Shown here: positions 1-17,267 of the stretch, piece by piece | Position numbering within the stretch: the first letter of the stretch is position 1 | Layout of the letters: each line of letters starts with the position of its first letter | Made by a program: the position numbers and the translations under genes | Source of the DNA: the human T2T-CHM13v2.0 reference genome, Homo sapiens | Length of the DNA: 64,000 bases | Strand: one strand, 5' to 3' | Assembly: GCF_009914755.1 (NCBI RefSeq) | Contig: NC_060927.1 | Notes under the pieces: model-generated | The model's input: the letters and a program-made list of their open reading frames with translations, nothing else | Databases searched by the model: none | What the model was told of the DNA's origin: nothing

Positions 1-239
1 ATAAAACAAAATTATTTAATCTTTCTAGCTACCCTAATTTAAAAAAAAAATTTAGTGTTTACTTTATTTGAACCCTCCATGTAGTTTTCTATTATAATTA
101 GTTGACTCTGTTTATCTGTAGAGCTGATTAGTTTCTGTGCTCTCCATTGTTTCTTTTATTCCATGCCTTCCTTCTTGATTCACTGTCCTTCCTTATACTG
201 AGTCTTTCCCAAGATTTTTGTTTATGTTTGCTTGTTTTT

Positions 240-900
240 TTACTTTTAGAGGCAAGTGATTGAAAAATTATCTTTTCTTTTCTGATATTTTAAAATGTCT
301 TTTTTTGCCTCCTCTAAAGTGAAGTGTGCGTAGGTATACAGTTTGTCACTTCAACACTTCAAATGCATTACTTTATTTTATTCTAGCATCTATTGTTGCT
401 GAGGAGAAGTCTGCTGTCAATCTGATTGCTTATTTCAAGCTCTGTCTTTGTTCTCTAGTAATGCCTGAAGGAGTCTTAGCTATTTTCTCTTTAACAACAA
501 CTTCTCTGCTGTGACTTCTATTTTCTCTTGAAGTCCCTATGAATATTTGTTGGATTGCCTTAAACTATTCTCCATATTTTCTTAACTTTCCTCTTAAAAT
601 TCATTATACCTCTTTCCCCTTCTGTTCTAAATTCTGGACACATTCCTCAGTGTCATCTTCTAATTTACACCATTTCTCTTCAAATATATCTAGTTTAGAA
701 TTTATATAATTCATTGGGTATTTCAGTGACTATAATTTTTATTTCTAATATTTGTTGATCTGATTTTTATTGTATGTATCTGTTCTTGTTTCATTTCACT
801 GACTTTGCTTCCTAATTTTTATTTTTAACTGAAATTAGCTATTTAATTGTCTCAGATTTTAAACCTACTTTTCAAATCTTTCTTTCACTCTTAAATGCAT
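240..900 (-). mobile_element. Old L1M fragment (ORF1 region)
   Basis: T-rich; 'gaggagaagtctgctgtcaatctgat' resembles antisense old-L1 ORF1; boundaries approximate. Confidence 0.5.
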
Positions 901-3239
901 TTTTGCTTGAGTAAATATTTATTCTGATAGATATTATTGGTCTTTCTTGGCTTTAGATTTCTTCAAGATGTTTAGAATTTGGGGTTTTAGGCTCACTTTA
1001 AGATGGTCTAAATGGGTTGCTACACCTATTTTTTTTTTTTTCTCTCCATTCTCAGTACTCACTGACTCTGTCCAGCAATTGTATGGCTGCCTCTGTTCAG
1101 TACTCCCATTGGAGGTTCCCCAGTCTAGAAATTCTTGCCTTACACTGGCAGCTTAGAGTCCCTGCCCAGAAGGATGTCAGTTATAGAACTGATCCAGTCA
1201 CAAGGCTGTGGAAGGCTTAATGCACGTCTTGCCACAGGCTGAGTCTGTGTCTTGACTCCTTGCCCCCCAGGTTCACAGGTTGCTGGGGCCATCCCTGTGG
1301 CAGGCCATGGATCATTGGGGTTTTTCTTTAGGGTTTTTCATGAGCTAGGATGTCCTTTCCCAGGCCCTAGCATCAAGCATTAGGCTTTTTCTGGCCTCTC
1401 ATCTTGCATGGAGCCCCTTAGTTCCATTATCCAACAGATGGCTTACTTCTGGACTTTCTGCCAGACACAGAGAGGAGCAGACACATGCCTTCAGCTTTGC
1501 TCATTTCCCTGCCTTTCTGTCTTATTTGAGGTATGCAGACATGTTTATATTGTGTTTGAGCCTGTTGGTATCCTTTTTGCTTTTAATTGTTTATCTATCA
1601 TTGCTGATCATATGCACCATTGGGGATATCAAATCAAACGTGTGAACATACTGATGGTCTTAATGGATGACCCAGAAGTGGCTTTTTAATGTACTAGTGT
1701 ATGGTTGATCATTTGACCTTTTGAAACTAGGAAATAATTCTTAGTCTCTCACCTTTATGTCACTTAGGTTCAAGGATTTGGAGCCACCAGTCTTAGAACC
1801 ACCGGCATAAGACATGGAATTTGAGAAATTTAGAACTGTCCTTCTTAAAATATCTTCCCCACAGCCTGGGGAAGAAAAAGCGCATCAATTTTAGTGTAAA
1901 TTGAACACACAGTCAACCTGCTGACTGTGTGGAATGTGGAAGGATCTCACTTGAGACCCCAAAACTATCAACCCATTAGCATCTAACAGGAGAGTTTCAC
2001 ATTTGCCACTCTGACTTCCAGCACTGGGCAAACAGTGGCATCTGAGGGACAGGGAGATGTGGCAAGGTGGCTGAGTCAGCAAAGCTGTCAAACAGGATAC
2101 ACGAAGGGCCAGTTACAGATTCATGGTGACAGACTCCGGCACATCTGAGTCCTCTGGACATGGGGAACAACCAAAAAGCAGGTCACGGTGTGTATTTTCT
2201 GCATGTCAGGGGTATAGTCTCATATGTATTTCAGTGCACTTGTTCTCTCAATATGCAGCTGATGATTTGTGGTTTTTCAGCTAGATCAAGAAGTCCACCA
2301 CACACATAAAATAATCATCTATTTCTTTCCAAAGATTAAGTTAATGGGTGCAATTTTTCAAAAAGTTGAAATTCTTTTTCCATCACATTTCCTTAAACTT
2401 TGGAGCTGGCAGCACCTCTCAACCACTGATCACTAGTTGAAGCTAAAGAGGCCAGGTCTCATCCAACATCAGCTTTGTGCAGCCTGCCAGCCTCATCTTG
2501 ACAGTAGATTTGATCATTGGGCTCATGTTTATTATGTTTATTCTGCCAAAATGTGGTTTCTAAGAATGTGTTTTTGACAAAGGCAAGACCCACTTTAAAA
2601 GAGTATAGTTCTCTGTTTCCAAAATAATTTTCACAGAATGATAATCCTGTTAGCCATTTGTTGGAATTACCCAGAACTTTTCTGTTTTTCAAAAACTGGG
2701 GGGAAATGCTCGATTTCAAAAGGTTAAACTTTAAAATTTTTACTTTCGAAATGATCAACTTCTATGACACTCACATGTGTGGTATGATTCCTCGAGATAG
2801 GGATTGGGTGTTCCACTTTTCTAGACACATTTGATCATGGAAACCTTTTTCAGAGCACTTTCTGGAGCTTCTGTTCTGCAGAACCCTCTGTGGGAAATGC
2901 CATAATGTCCTACAAAATGGTTGTGTGGTATTATTAAGAAGAATAATATTTCATGGTGTTCTGCAGAGAGTAAAGTACTGACTTCCAGGTGCCCTGCAAT
3001 CCTAAATGTTTTGAGAACTAACTGTTAATTATTAAAATTCCCCTGGTGGCAGCGTGGAGTGTAGACTGCAGCAAAGCCACCTGGCAGGAGTTCCAGGAAG
3101 GTGGACGCTGCTGTAGGAAAATTATACAGTGTGAATTATGAAAGGCTGAAGTGCTCAAGAAGGGGGAATGGGTTTCAGAGAAGAATCAAGCAAAACCGTC
3201 TGATTGGATGTGAGCAGTTATGAGAGGGGGAACCAAGGA

Positions 3240-3900
3240 TTGATTGATTGATTCACTCATTCATTCATTCATTCATTCAATAAATGTTTTTTGAGCACCT
3301 ATCCTGTGCCAGGCATTATTGTTCTGGGTCCTGTGGGTATATCAGTAAACAAGAGATAAAAGTTCTTGACCTCTTGGAATTTATATCTTTCTTGTGCTTT
3401 AGGGCGACTGGGTGGGGAGCTATTCATGGAGAGAGGACATCTGAGGAGAAGCAGCCTTGATGGGCAGTGTGGGGGAATCTGGCACTCTGGAGGATGCGGG
3501 GGCTTCAGACATCCAGGTGGAGATGTCGATGAGATGTAAGCCGGAGCTCAGAGAGAGCTCTGAGCTCAACATAGAATTCACATACACGGGTAGGAATGGA
3601 AGCCATGAGAACATTTACAGTGCCCAAGAGTGAGAGTCAGTGGAGTGAAACATGAAAAGAGTCAAAGAACTTGTTTTTAACAAGAGAGGAGTGAAGAAGG
3701 GGCCAGGAAGCACAAAGAAGTTTTTCAATAAAAATCTAGTGGATGAAAATAAATAAGTCTCAGCCTGAGAGACAGACAATAAACCAGGAGAGAGTCACGC
3801 TAGGAAGACAAAAATAGAAAAGAGTTTCACAAAAGAGAGTGAAGTCAGCCAAACACAACAGCATTAAATTAGGCCAAGGGCCATGGGAAAAAATAGGAAC
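3240..3900 (-). mobile_element. L2 LINE 3' fragment with (TTCA)n tail
   Basis: 'cattcattcattcaataaatgttttttgagcacctatcctgtgccaggca' is the typical antisense L2 3' end. Confidence 0.75.
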
Positions 3901-4599
3901 ATGTCTTTTTATCCTGCTTTAACTACTGACTTCCCTTTAGTTCTCCTGGGGTGTCCTCCAGAACCCCCAGTTTATTATAAACGAATTTTCCTATAGCCTT
4001 AACCTCTTCATGGTCACTCTATTCATTTTCTGACTCATCTAAAATCTGGGTCTCTGCTTTCACCTCCAGTGTCTTGCAAGGATACTGTTTCTGGAGGTTT
4101 TCTCGAGGGGAGGCAGCTCGTTCTCCTACACCCCAGCTCTCCTTGGATCCAGAGGTGATCCAAGCACTTCTCCTTGTGCTGTCTACTGACCTGAAGGTTA
4201 TTCAAATATTAAAATATTGGCACCTGACTTCCATTTTGAATTTTCACTTCAAGTTTACCTCACTGTGGACCTAAATGTCCCTGCTCATAAAACCTCTAGC
4301 CTCAAGGTTCCTTCTCCTTGATTATCACCTCTTTCACTCACACTCCACTCCTACAGGCTGCTCTGTGGCCCAGCCCTGGATTTTAAGATTGCTGAGCATT
4401 CTCCCATTTGTGATTTCGTGAACCCCCAGCCCTTAATTCAGTCTCCTGCTCTCACAGCCTCTTTTCCCCTCATGCTCCTACCTCACCATGAGGGTGCACC
4501 CCAGGGCAGGGGCTTATAGTCCCAGCTCTTGAGATTCAGCACACCCTGCTTGGAATCTGGGTCCTTGCTCTTTTCCCTAGTCTAGTTCCTCACCCTGTG

Positions 4600-5225
4600 A
4601 TTCCTCTTACATACTGGTCTCTTCTAAAGCCCACTAAAATTATAATCTGATGATGACACTGCTTTGTTAAAATCTATTCAATGGTTCTCCATTCTCTATA
4701 GAGCAAAATGCAAACCTTGCAGCAGGACAAGCGCTTCCAGCAGGACATAGGAGATTCTTCATGACTTGATATCCACCCACTCCTCTGGCCTCACACTTTC
4801 CATGCCCTCCCTCCCTCTGTGTCCCCCAAAACACCTATACTATATGCCAGCCACACATCTATCCCATATCACCACTACTGCCAGAAAAGCCTCTCCCACC
4901 CCCATCTACCATCCTTTCTTCTCAACCCTTCTGATACCTACACAACCCTCAAAGCCTAGTTCTGGCTTCACAGTCTCTGTACCTGAACCAAGAGCTATAA
5001 TTCATTGACTATCTCAGTTTCCCCAGTGTATCCACTGTATCCCAGGCAGGCCTCAGTCACGGATCCTGTGGGGCTACAATGCATTCTGGTGTCTCTTTCT
5101 CTGTCTCTCACTAGATGTCAACCTTTTTTTGAGAACAAATCTGTGTTTACTTCATCCCTTATACCTCAGAACCTGGCCGGTGTAGTGGTCATCAATAAAT
5201 ATTTGATGAATGAATTAAGATTTAT
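4600..5225 (+). mobile_element. L2 LINE 3' fragment
   Basis: Ends in 'caataaatatttgatgaatgaat'; internal 'aatggttctccattctctatagagcaaaatgcaaacc' is L2-like. Confidence 0.65.
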
Positions 5226-5269
5226 GTAAGTGAGAAATTACAAATTCTGATTAGGTGTGTTAGCTAATA

Positions 5270-5545
5270 AACTTGGAATCAAAAGGCTCAGATTCAAATT
5301 CCACTTCCACCATTTGCTATTTTGTGACCTGGGACAAGCCACTGGTAATAACAGTATCATTCACTGAGTCTTATCCCATGTTAGGCACTATCTCATTCCA
5401 GCCTGATGGTAATTCCGCTGTCATCCTCATTTTGTTGAGGATTAGACAATGGTACTTCATAGTGAGTATTACAGCTGTAATAGGGCAGAGCTGAGACTCA
5501 CACATAAGCTAAAGTCCAAAAACCTATGGGTGTTACCATTCTGTC
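5270..5545. mobile_element. MIR fragments
   Basis: 'ttcaaattccacttccaccatttgctattttgtgacctgggacaagccact' MIR core; MIR-like sequence resumes at ~12710 after the L1. Confidence 0.6.
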
Positions 5546-5807
5546 CTATGGCCTGGATAATTCTTTTTTTTTTTCTTTTTCTTTTTTTTTTTAAATTTTT
5601 TTTTATTATACTTTAAGTTCTAGGGTACCTGTGCACAACATGCATGTTTGTTTCATATGTATACATGTGCCATGTTGGTGTCCTGTACCCATTAACTTGT
5701 CATTTACATTAGGTATATCTCCTAATGCTATACCTCCCCCACCCCCCACCCCACAACAGGACCCAGTGTGTGATGTTCCCCTTCCTGTGTCCAAGTGTTC
5801 TCATTGT

Positions 5808-11541
<5,734 letters not shown>

Positions 11542-11609
11542 TATGATGTTAGCTGGTTATTTTGCTCATTAGTAGATGCAGTTTCTTCCTAGCATCAATG
11601 GTCTTTACA

Positions 11610-12561
11610 ATTTGGCATTTTTTTTTTTTTTGCAGTGGCTGATACCAGTTGTTCCTTTCCATGTTTAGTGCTTCCTTCAGGAGCTCTTGTAGGGCAGGCC
11701 TGGTGGTGACAAAATCTCTCAGCATTTGCTTGTCTGTAAAGTATTTTATTTCTCCTTCACTTATGAAGCTTAGTTTGGCTGGATATGAAATTCTGGGTTG
11801 AAAATTCTTTTCTTTAAGGATGTTGAATATTGGCCCCCACTCTCTTCTTGCTTGTAGAGTTTCTGCTGAGAGATCAGCTGTTAGTCTCATGGGCTTCCCT
11901 TTGTGGTAACCTGACCTTTCTCTCTGGCTGCCCTTAACATTTTTTCCTTCATTTCAACTTTGGTGAATCTGACAATTATGTGTGTTGGAGTTGCTCTTCT
12001 CGAGGAGTATCTTTGTGGCGTTCTCTGTATTTCCTGAATTTGAATGTTGGCTTCCCTTGCTAGATTGGGGAAGTTCTCCTGGATAATATCCTGCAGAGTG
12101 TTTTCCAACTTGGTTCCATTCTCCCCGTCACTTTCAGGTACACCAATCAGATGTAGATTTGGTCTTTTCACATAGTCCCATATTTCTTGGATGCTTGTTC
12201 GTTTCATTTTATTCTTTTTTCTCTAAACTTCTCTTCTCACTTCATTTCATTCATTTAATCTTCAATCACTGATACCCATTCATCCAGTTGATCGAATCGG
12301 CTACTGAAACTTGTGCATTCGTCATATAGTTCTTGTGCCATGGTTTTCAGCTCCATCAGGTCCTCTGAGGACTTCTCTGCATTGGTTATTCTAGTTGGCC
12401 ATTCGTCTAACCTTTTTTCAAGGTTTTTAACTTCTTTGTGATGGGTTTGAACTTCCTCCTTTAGCTCGGAGAATTTTGATTGTCTGAAGCCTTCTTCTCT
12501 CAACTCATCAAAGTCATTCTCCATCCAGGCTTTCTTCCGTGGCTGGTGAGGAGCTGCGTTC
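11610..12561 (-). pseudogene. L1 ORF1p remnant lacking its start codon (removed by splicing)
   Basis: [39 protein letters not shown] peptides in ORFs 11549-12524. Confidence 0.9.
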
Positions 12562-13714
12562 CTCAGTTGGAAATGCAGAAATCACCCATCTTCTACGTCG
12601 CTCACACTGGGAGCTGTAGACCAGAGCTGTTCCTATTCGGCCATCTTGGAACCGTCCCCTTGGCCTGGATAATTCTAATCTGACTCTAGCAACAGCTTCT
12701 GGTCTACTTTAGTGGGTTGTTGTGAGGATGAAAACAAGTTAATATGTATCACAGCATAGTGTTATGCAAATTTTACTTCTTCTTATATATTTTAAGTCAT
12801 TAATTCACCAGCCCTACCTCTGATCCCTTAAGAAGTTAATTGTTTGACCACCTTAATAGCTTAAAAGTATCTGTTAAATAGAATTGAGATTCAACACAGG
12901 ATTGAAGCAAATTACAGTTTCTGGTAAAGTTAAACTGTTCTAATTTATTATTATTATGAGTTTCATTGTTATTATTACCAAACAGAAGCCAAAAATTATT
13001 TCTGGCTCAGAAATAGAAAGAGCAAACTATTTCTCGAGCCCAAGACACAAAGACCATCCCTCCCCAAGGCTCAGAGGTGGCATAATAAAGAGCTCCTGGA
13101 GTAATCTTCCCTGCATTGCATTGTTAAAGCTCTCCTACCTCTCCTACGGGATGCCCATGGGCTGTAATTGCTCTAGTTTGACTTGGCCTGTCGAGCTACC
13201 TGAATTAAGTGAGTGAATTGAAATTTTTAGTGGAATCATCTGGGAAGTAACCTTTAACCCTCCCCAGTGCTCAGCCCAGCCCACTGCTCATTACAGTGGA
13301 GACCCCATCACCTCCACCCACCTCCTTTTAGGAGAGTGCACTCATCTCTTTCTCTGTGCTGGAACCTGGCACAGCTCTTACTGAATGATGGTGAAGAAAT
13401 GCAGGCAGCCAATGGTACTCTCTGTGCCTGAGCACCAGGGCCTCAAAACCCAGCTTTTTAACATCAACCTGCTCAGGGATGGGGCCACACTTTGAATTAA
13501 TCATCCTTGGACTCTAGGTTAGAAGCCCAGAGTTTAATTCCCCTTCTGCCACTTACTAGTTCTGTGGAATTTAGCAAATCATGTACACTCTTGGACCCCC
13601 AGTTTCTTCACTGTGTCTGAATTATTCATAGTAAAGAAGTCAACAGACAGGGGCAGGGGAGTAACAGTAAAGTGTAAGGCTGGCTCAGTTCCAATCTCAT
13701 GCACAGCACCCCTT

Positions 13715-14340
13715 TCCTTCATCACTCAACAGACATGTATTACGTGCTGACTGTGTGCCAGGTACTGTGTTAGGTGGAGGGAAGATTAGGTTGAAGAAAA
13801 CATTATTTCATCCCTTGATTCATATTTATACACTCATACATACACATCAAGAGGTATTATAATAATCTAGAATGAGAGGTGAACAAATGAATTATAACAG
13901 AATGTGGTTAGTACAGTGATAGAGATAAGAGTAGAACATACATGGGCCTAAGGAAGAGGAGCGTTTCCTAATTTAGACAGGGAGGGGGTTGGAGAGGCTT
14001 TCTGGAAGGGTGATGCCTGACTTAGGTTTTAAGAGCTGAATCAGAATTTGGGATGGGAGAAAGACAGTGTCTTTAAGCATGAGTGAGTAGCAAGAAAACT
14101 TGGCAAAGGTGCAAAAGGTGTGTGCAGTGTGCTGAGGACATGGAAAACTGTGTGCAGGTATAGGGACGTCACTACAAGGTTTGAAATTGGGATGTTCTGC
14201 AAAGAGCTCTAAACTTTTAAAACATTACACTTGAGACTGTAAAGTTAGGGGTGACCACATTTGGAGGCAAGGAGACAAGTCAAATAAGCTTTTGCATTGA
14301 CTGAGGCAAGAGCTGATGAGAAAAGTGACAGTAGAAATGG
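13715..14340 (-). mobile_element. L2 fragment
   Basis: 'cactcaacagacatgtattacgtgctgactgtgtgccaggtactgtgttagg' antisense L2 3' end. Confidence 0.6.
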
Positions 14341-14531
14341 AAGAGATAGGCTTCTTTTTAAATTAGCAGAATAAAAATAAGCAGCCAAAATAAAACATTA
14401 AGGACAGGAGCAACAGGGAGGAGAGGCACTAGCTATTTTGGTCTTTGGCCTCATAAGACTGGTCCTACTAGCAGCCTCTTGGAAAGTGTCTTCCTGTGGT
14501 CCCCTGCTCTCCAGTGGTTAACTTCTGGGCA

Positions 14532-14760
14532 ACATATACACACACACACACACACATGCACACACATGCACACATACACATGGATGCATGTGTGTATATG
14601 TGACACATGTATCATGTGAATGTAGGCACTCACACATACACATACACATAAGAACATACATATATTGAGCAATCTACACACACATACATGAATACACACA
14701 AGCACCTGCACAAATGCATACATGCACAGGCACAAACCCATACGCGCACACATATACATC
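14532..14760. repeat. Degenerate (CA)n/(TACA)n simple repeat
   Basis: Visible alternating purine-pyrimidine tract. Confidence 0.9.
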
Positions 14761-14789
14761 AATCCATTTAAAGAAAATATTCTTATTAT

Positions 14790-14915
14790 TTCTACTTTCC
14801 AGATAAGAAAACAGAGGCACAGAGGTTAAGTGACTGCCCACAGTCACACAACCATTACACGACAGAGCCAGGATTTGAACACAAATAATCTTCTTTCTCC
14901 AAGCTCTCTGCATCT
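14790..14915 (-). mobile_element. MIR
   Basis: 'agataagaaaacagaggcacagaggttaagtgactgcccacagtcacac...agagccaggatttgaac'. Confidence 0.75.
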
Positions 14916-14984
14916 AACCTCCATATAAAATCACCTCCAGAAGCAAAACACAGGTCACCTACAAAATAAAAAAATCATACTAGT

Positions 14985-17267
14985 TGTATTAGTTCATTTT
15001 CATGCGGCTGATAAAGACAAACCTGAGACTGGGAAGAAATACAGGTTTAATTGGACTTACAGTTCCACATGACTGGGGAGGCCTCAGAATCATGGCAGGA
15101 GGCAAAAAGCACTTCTTACATGGTGGCGGCAAGAGAAAATGAGGAAGAAGCAAAAGCAGAAAACCCTGATAAACCCATCAGCTATTGTGAGACTTATTCA
15201 CTATCACAAGAATAGCATGGGAAAGATCAGCCCCCATGATTCAATTACCTCCCCCTAGGTCCCTCCCACAATGTGTGGGAATTCTGGGAGATACAATTCA
15301 AGTTGGCATTTGAATGTGGACACAGTCAAACCATATCATTATGCCCCTGACCCCTCCAAATCTCATGTTCTCAGACTTCAAAACCAATCTTGCCTTCCCA
15401 ACAGTCCTCCAAAGTCTTAACTCATTTCAGCATTAACCCAAATGTCCACAGTCCAAAGTCTCATCTGAGACAAGGCAAGTCCCTTCCACCTATGAGCCTG
15501 TAAAATCAAAAACAAACTAGCTACCTCATAGATACAATGGGGGTATAGGTATTGGATAAATACAGCCATTCCAAATGGGAGAAATTGGCCAAAAAAAGGG
15601 GGGTTACAGGGCCCGCGCAAGTCTGAAATCCAGTGGTGCAGTCAAATTTTAAAGCTCCAAAATGATCTCCTTTAACTCCAGGTCTCACATCCAGGTCACG
15701 CCGATGGAAGAAGTGGATTCCTATGGTCTTGGGCAGCTCTGTCCCTGTGGCTTTGCAGGGTACAGCCTCCCTCCTGGCTGCTTTCATGGGCTGGCATTGA
15801 GTACCTGTGGCTTTTCAAGGCACACAGTGCAAGCTGTTGGTGGATCTACCATTCTGGGGTCTGGAGGATGGTGGTTCTCTTCTCACAGCTCCACTAAGCA
15901 GTGCCCCAGTAGGGACTCTCTGTGGGGGTTCTGACCCCACATTTCCCTTCCACACTGCCCTAGCAGAGATTCTCCAAGAGGGCCTCAACCCTGCAGCAAA
16001 CTTTTGCCTGGGCATCCAGGCATTTCCATACATTTTCTGAAATCTAGCTGGAGATTCCCAAACCTCAATTCTTGACTTCTGTGCACCCACAAGCTCAACC
16101 CCACGTGGAAGCTGCCAAGGCCTGGGGCTTCCATCCTCTGAAGCCACAGCCCGAGTTCTATGTTGGCCCCTTTCAGCCATGGCTGGAGCGGCTGGGACAC
16201 AGGGCACCAAGTCCCTAGGCTGCACACAGCATGGGGACCTTGGGCCCAGCCCAAGAAACCACTTTTTCCTCCTGGTCCTCCAGGCCTGTGATGGGAGGGG
16301 CTGCTGTGAAGATCTCTGACATGGCCTGGAGACATTTTCCCCCTGGTCTTGGAGATTAACATTAGGGTCCTTGCTACTTATGCAAATTTCTGCAGCCAGC
16401 TTGATTTCTTCCCAGAAAATGGGTTTTTCTTTTCTACTACATTGTCAGGCTGCAAATTTTCTGAACTTTTATGCTCTGCTACCCTTATAAAACTGAATGC
16501 CTTTAACGGTACCCAAGTCACATCTTGAATGCTTTGCTGCTTAGAAATTTCTTTGCCAGATACTCTAAATCATCTCTCTCAAGTTCAAAATTCCACAAAT
16601 CTCTAGGATGGGGTAAAATGCCACCATTCTCTTTACTAAAGTATAACAAGAGTCACCTTTGCTCCAGTTCCCAACAAGTTACTCATCTCCATCTGAGATC
16701 ACTTCAGCCTGGATCTTATTGTCCATATCGCTATCAGCATTTTGGGCAAAGCCATTCAACAAGTCTTAGGAAGTTCCAAACTTTCCCACATTTTCCTCTC
16801 TTCTTCTGAGCCCTCCAAACTGTTCCAACCTCGGCCTGTTACCTAGTTCCTAAGTCGCTTCCACATTTTTGGGTATCTCTTCAGCAGTGCCCCACTCTAC
16901 TGATATCAATTTACTGTATTCGTTTGTTTTCATACTGCTGATAAAGACATACCAAAGATTGGGAAGAAATACAGTTTAATTGGACTTACAGTTTCACATG
17001 GCTGAGGAGGCCTCAGAATCATGGCGGGAGGCAAAAAGCACTTCTTACATGGTGGCAGCAAGAGAAAATGAGGAGGAAGCAGAAGTGGAAACCCCTGATA
17101 AACCCATCAGATCTCATGAGACTTATTCACTATCATGAGAATAGCATGGGAAAGACTGGCCCCCATGATTCAACTACCTCTCCCTAGGTCCCTCCCACAA
17201 CACATGGGAATTCTGGGAGATACAATTCAAGTTGAGATTTGAATGGAGACACAGCCAAACCATATCA
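14985..17267 (-). mobile_element. Full-length THE1 (THE1A-like) MaLR element: LTR 14985-15338, internal 15339-16914, LTR 16915-17267
   Basis: Two ~354-bp direct LTRs tgtatt...aaaccatatca; 5-bp TSD ctagt/ccagt (1 mismatch). Confidence 0.92.

Noticed and set aside
14451-14913. Cys/Val/His-rich ORFs (also 31108-31412 and 50355-50645)
   Set aside because: Translations of CA/TA microsatellites.
15417-16809. Cluster of 67-136 aa ORFs
   Set aside because: They lie in the THE1 internal region; fragments of the decayed MaLR ORF or chance frames.
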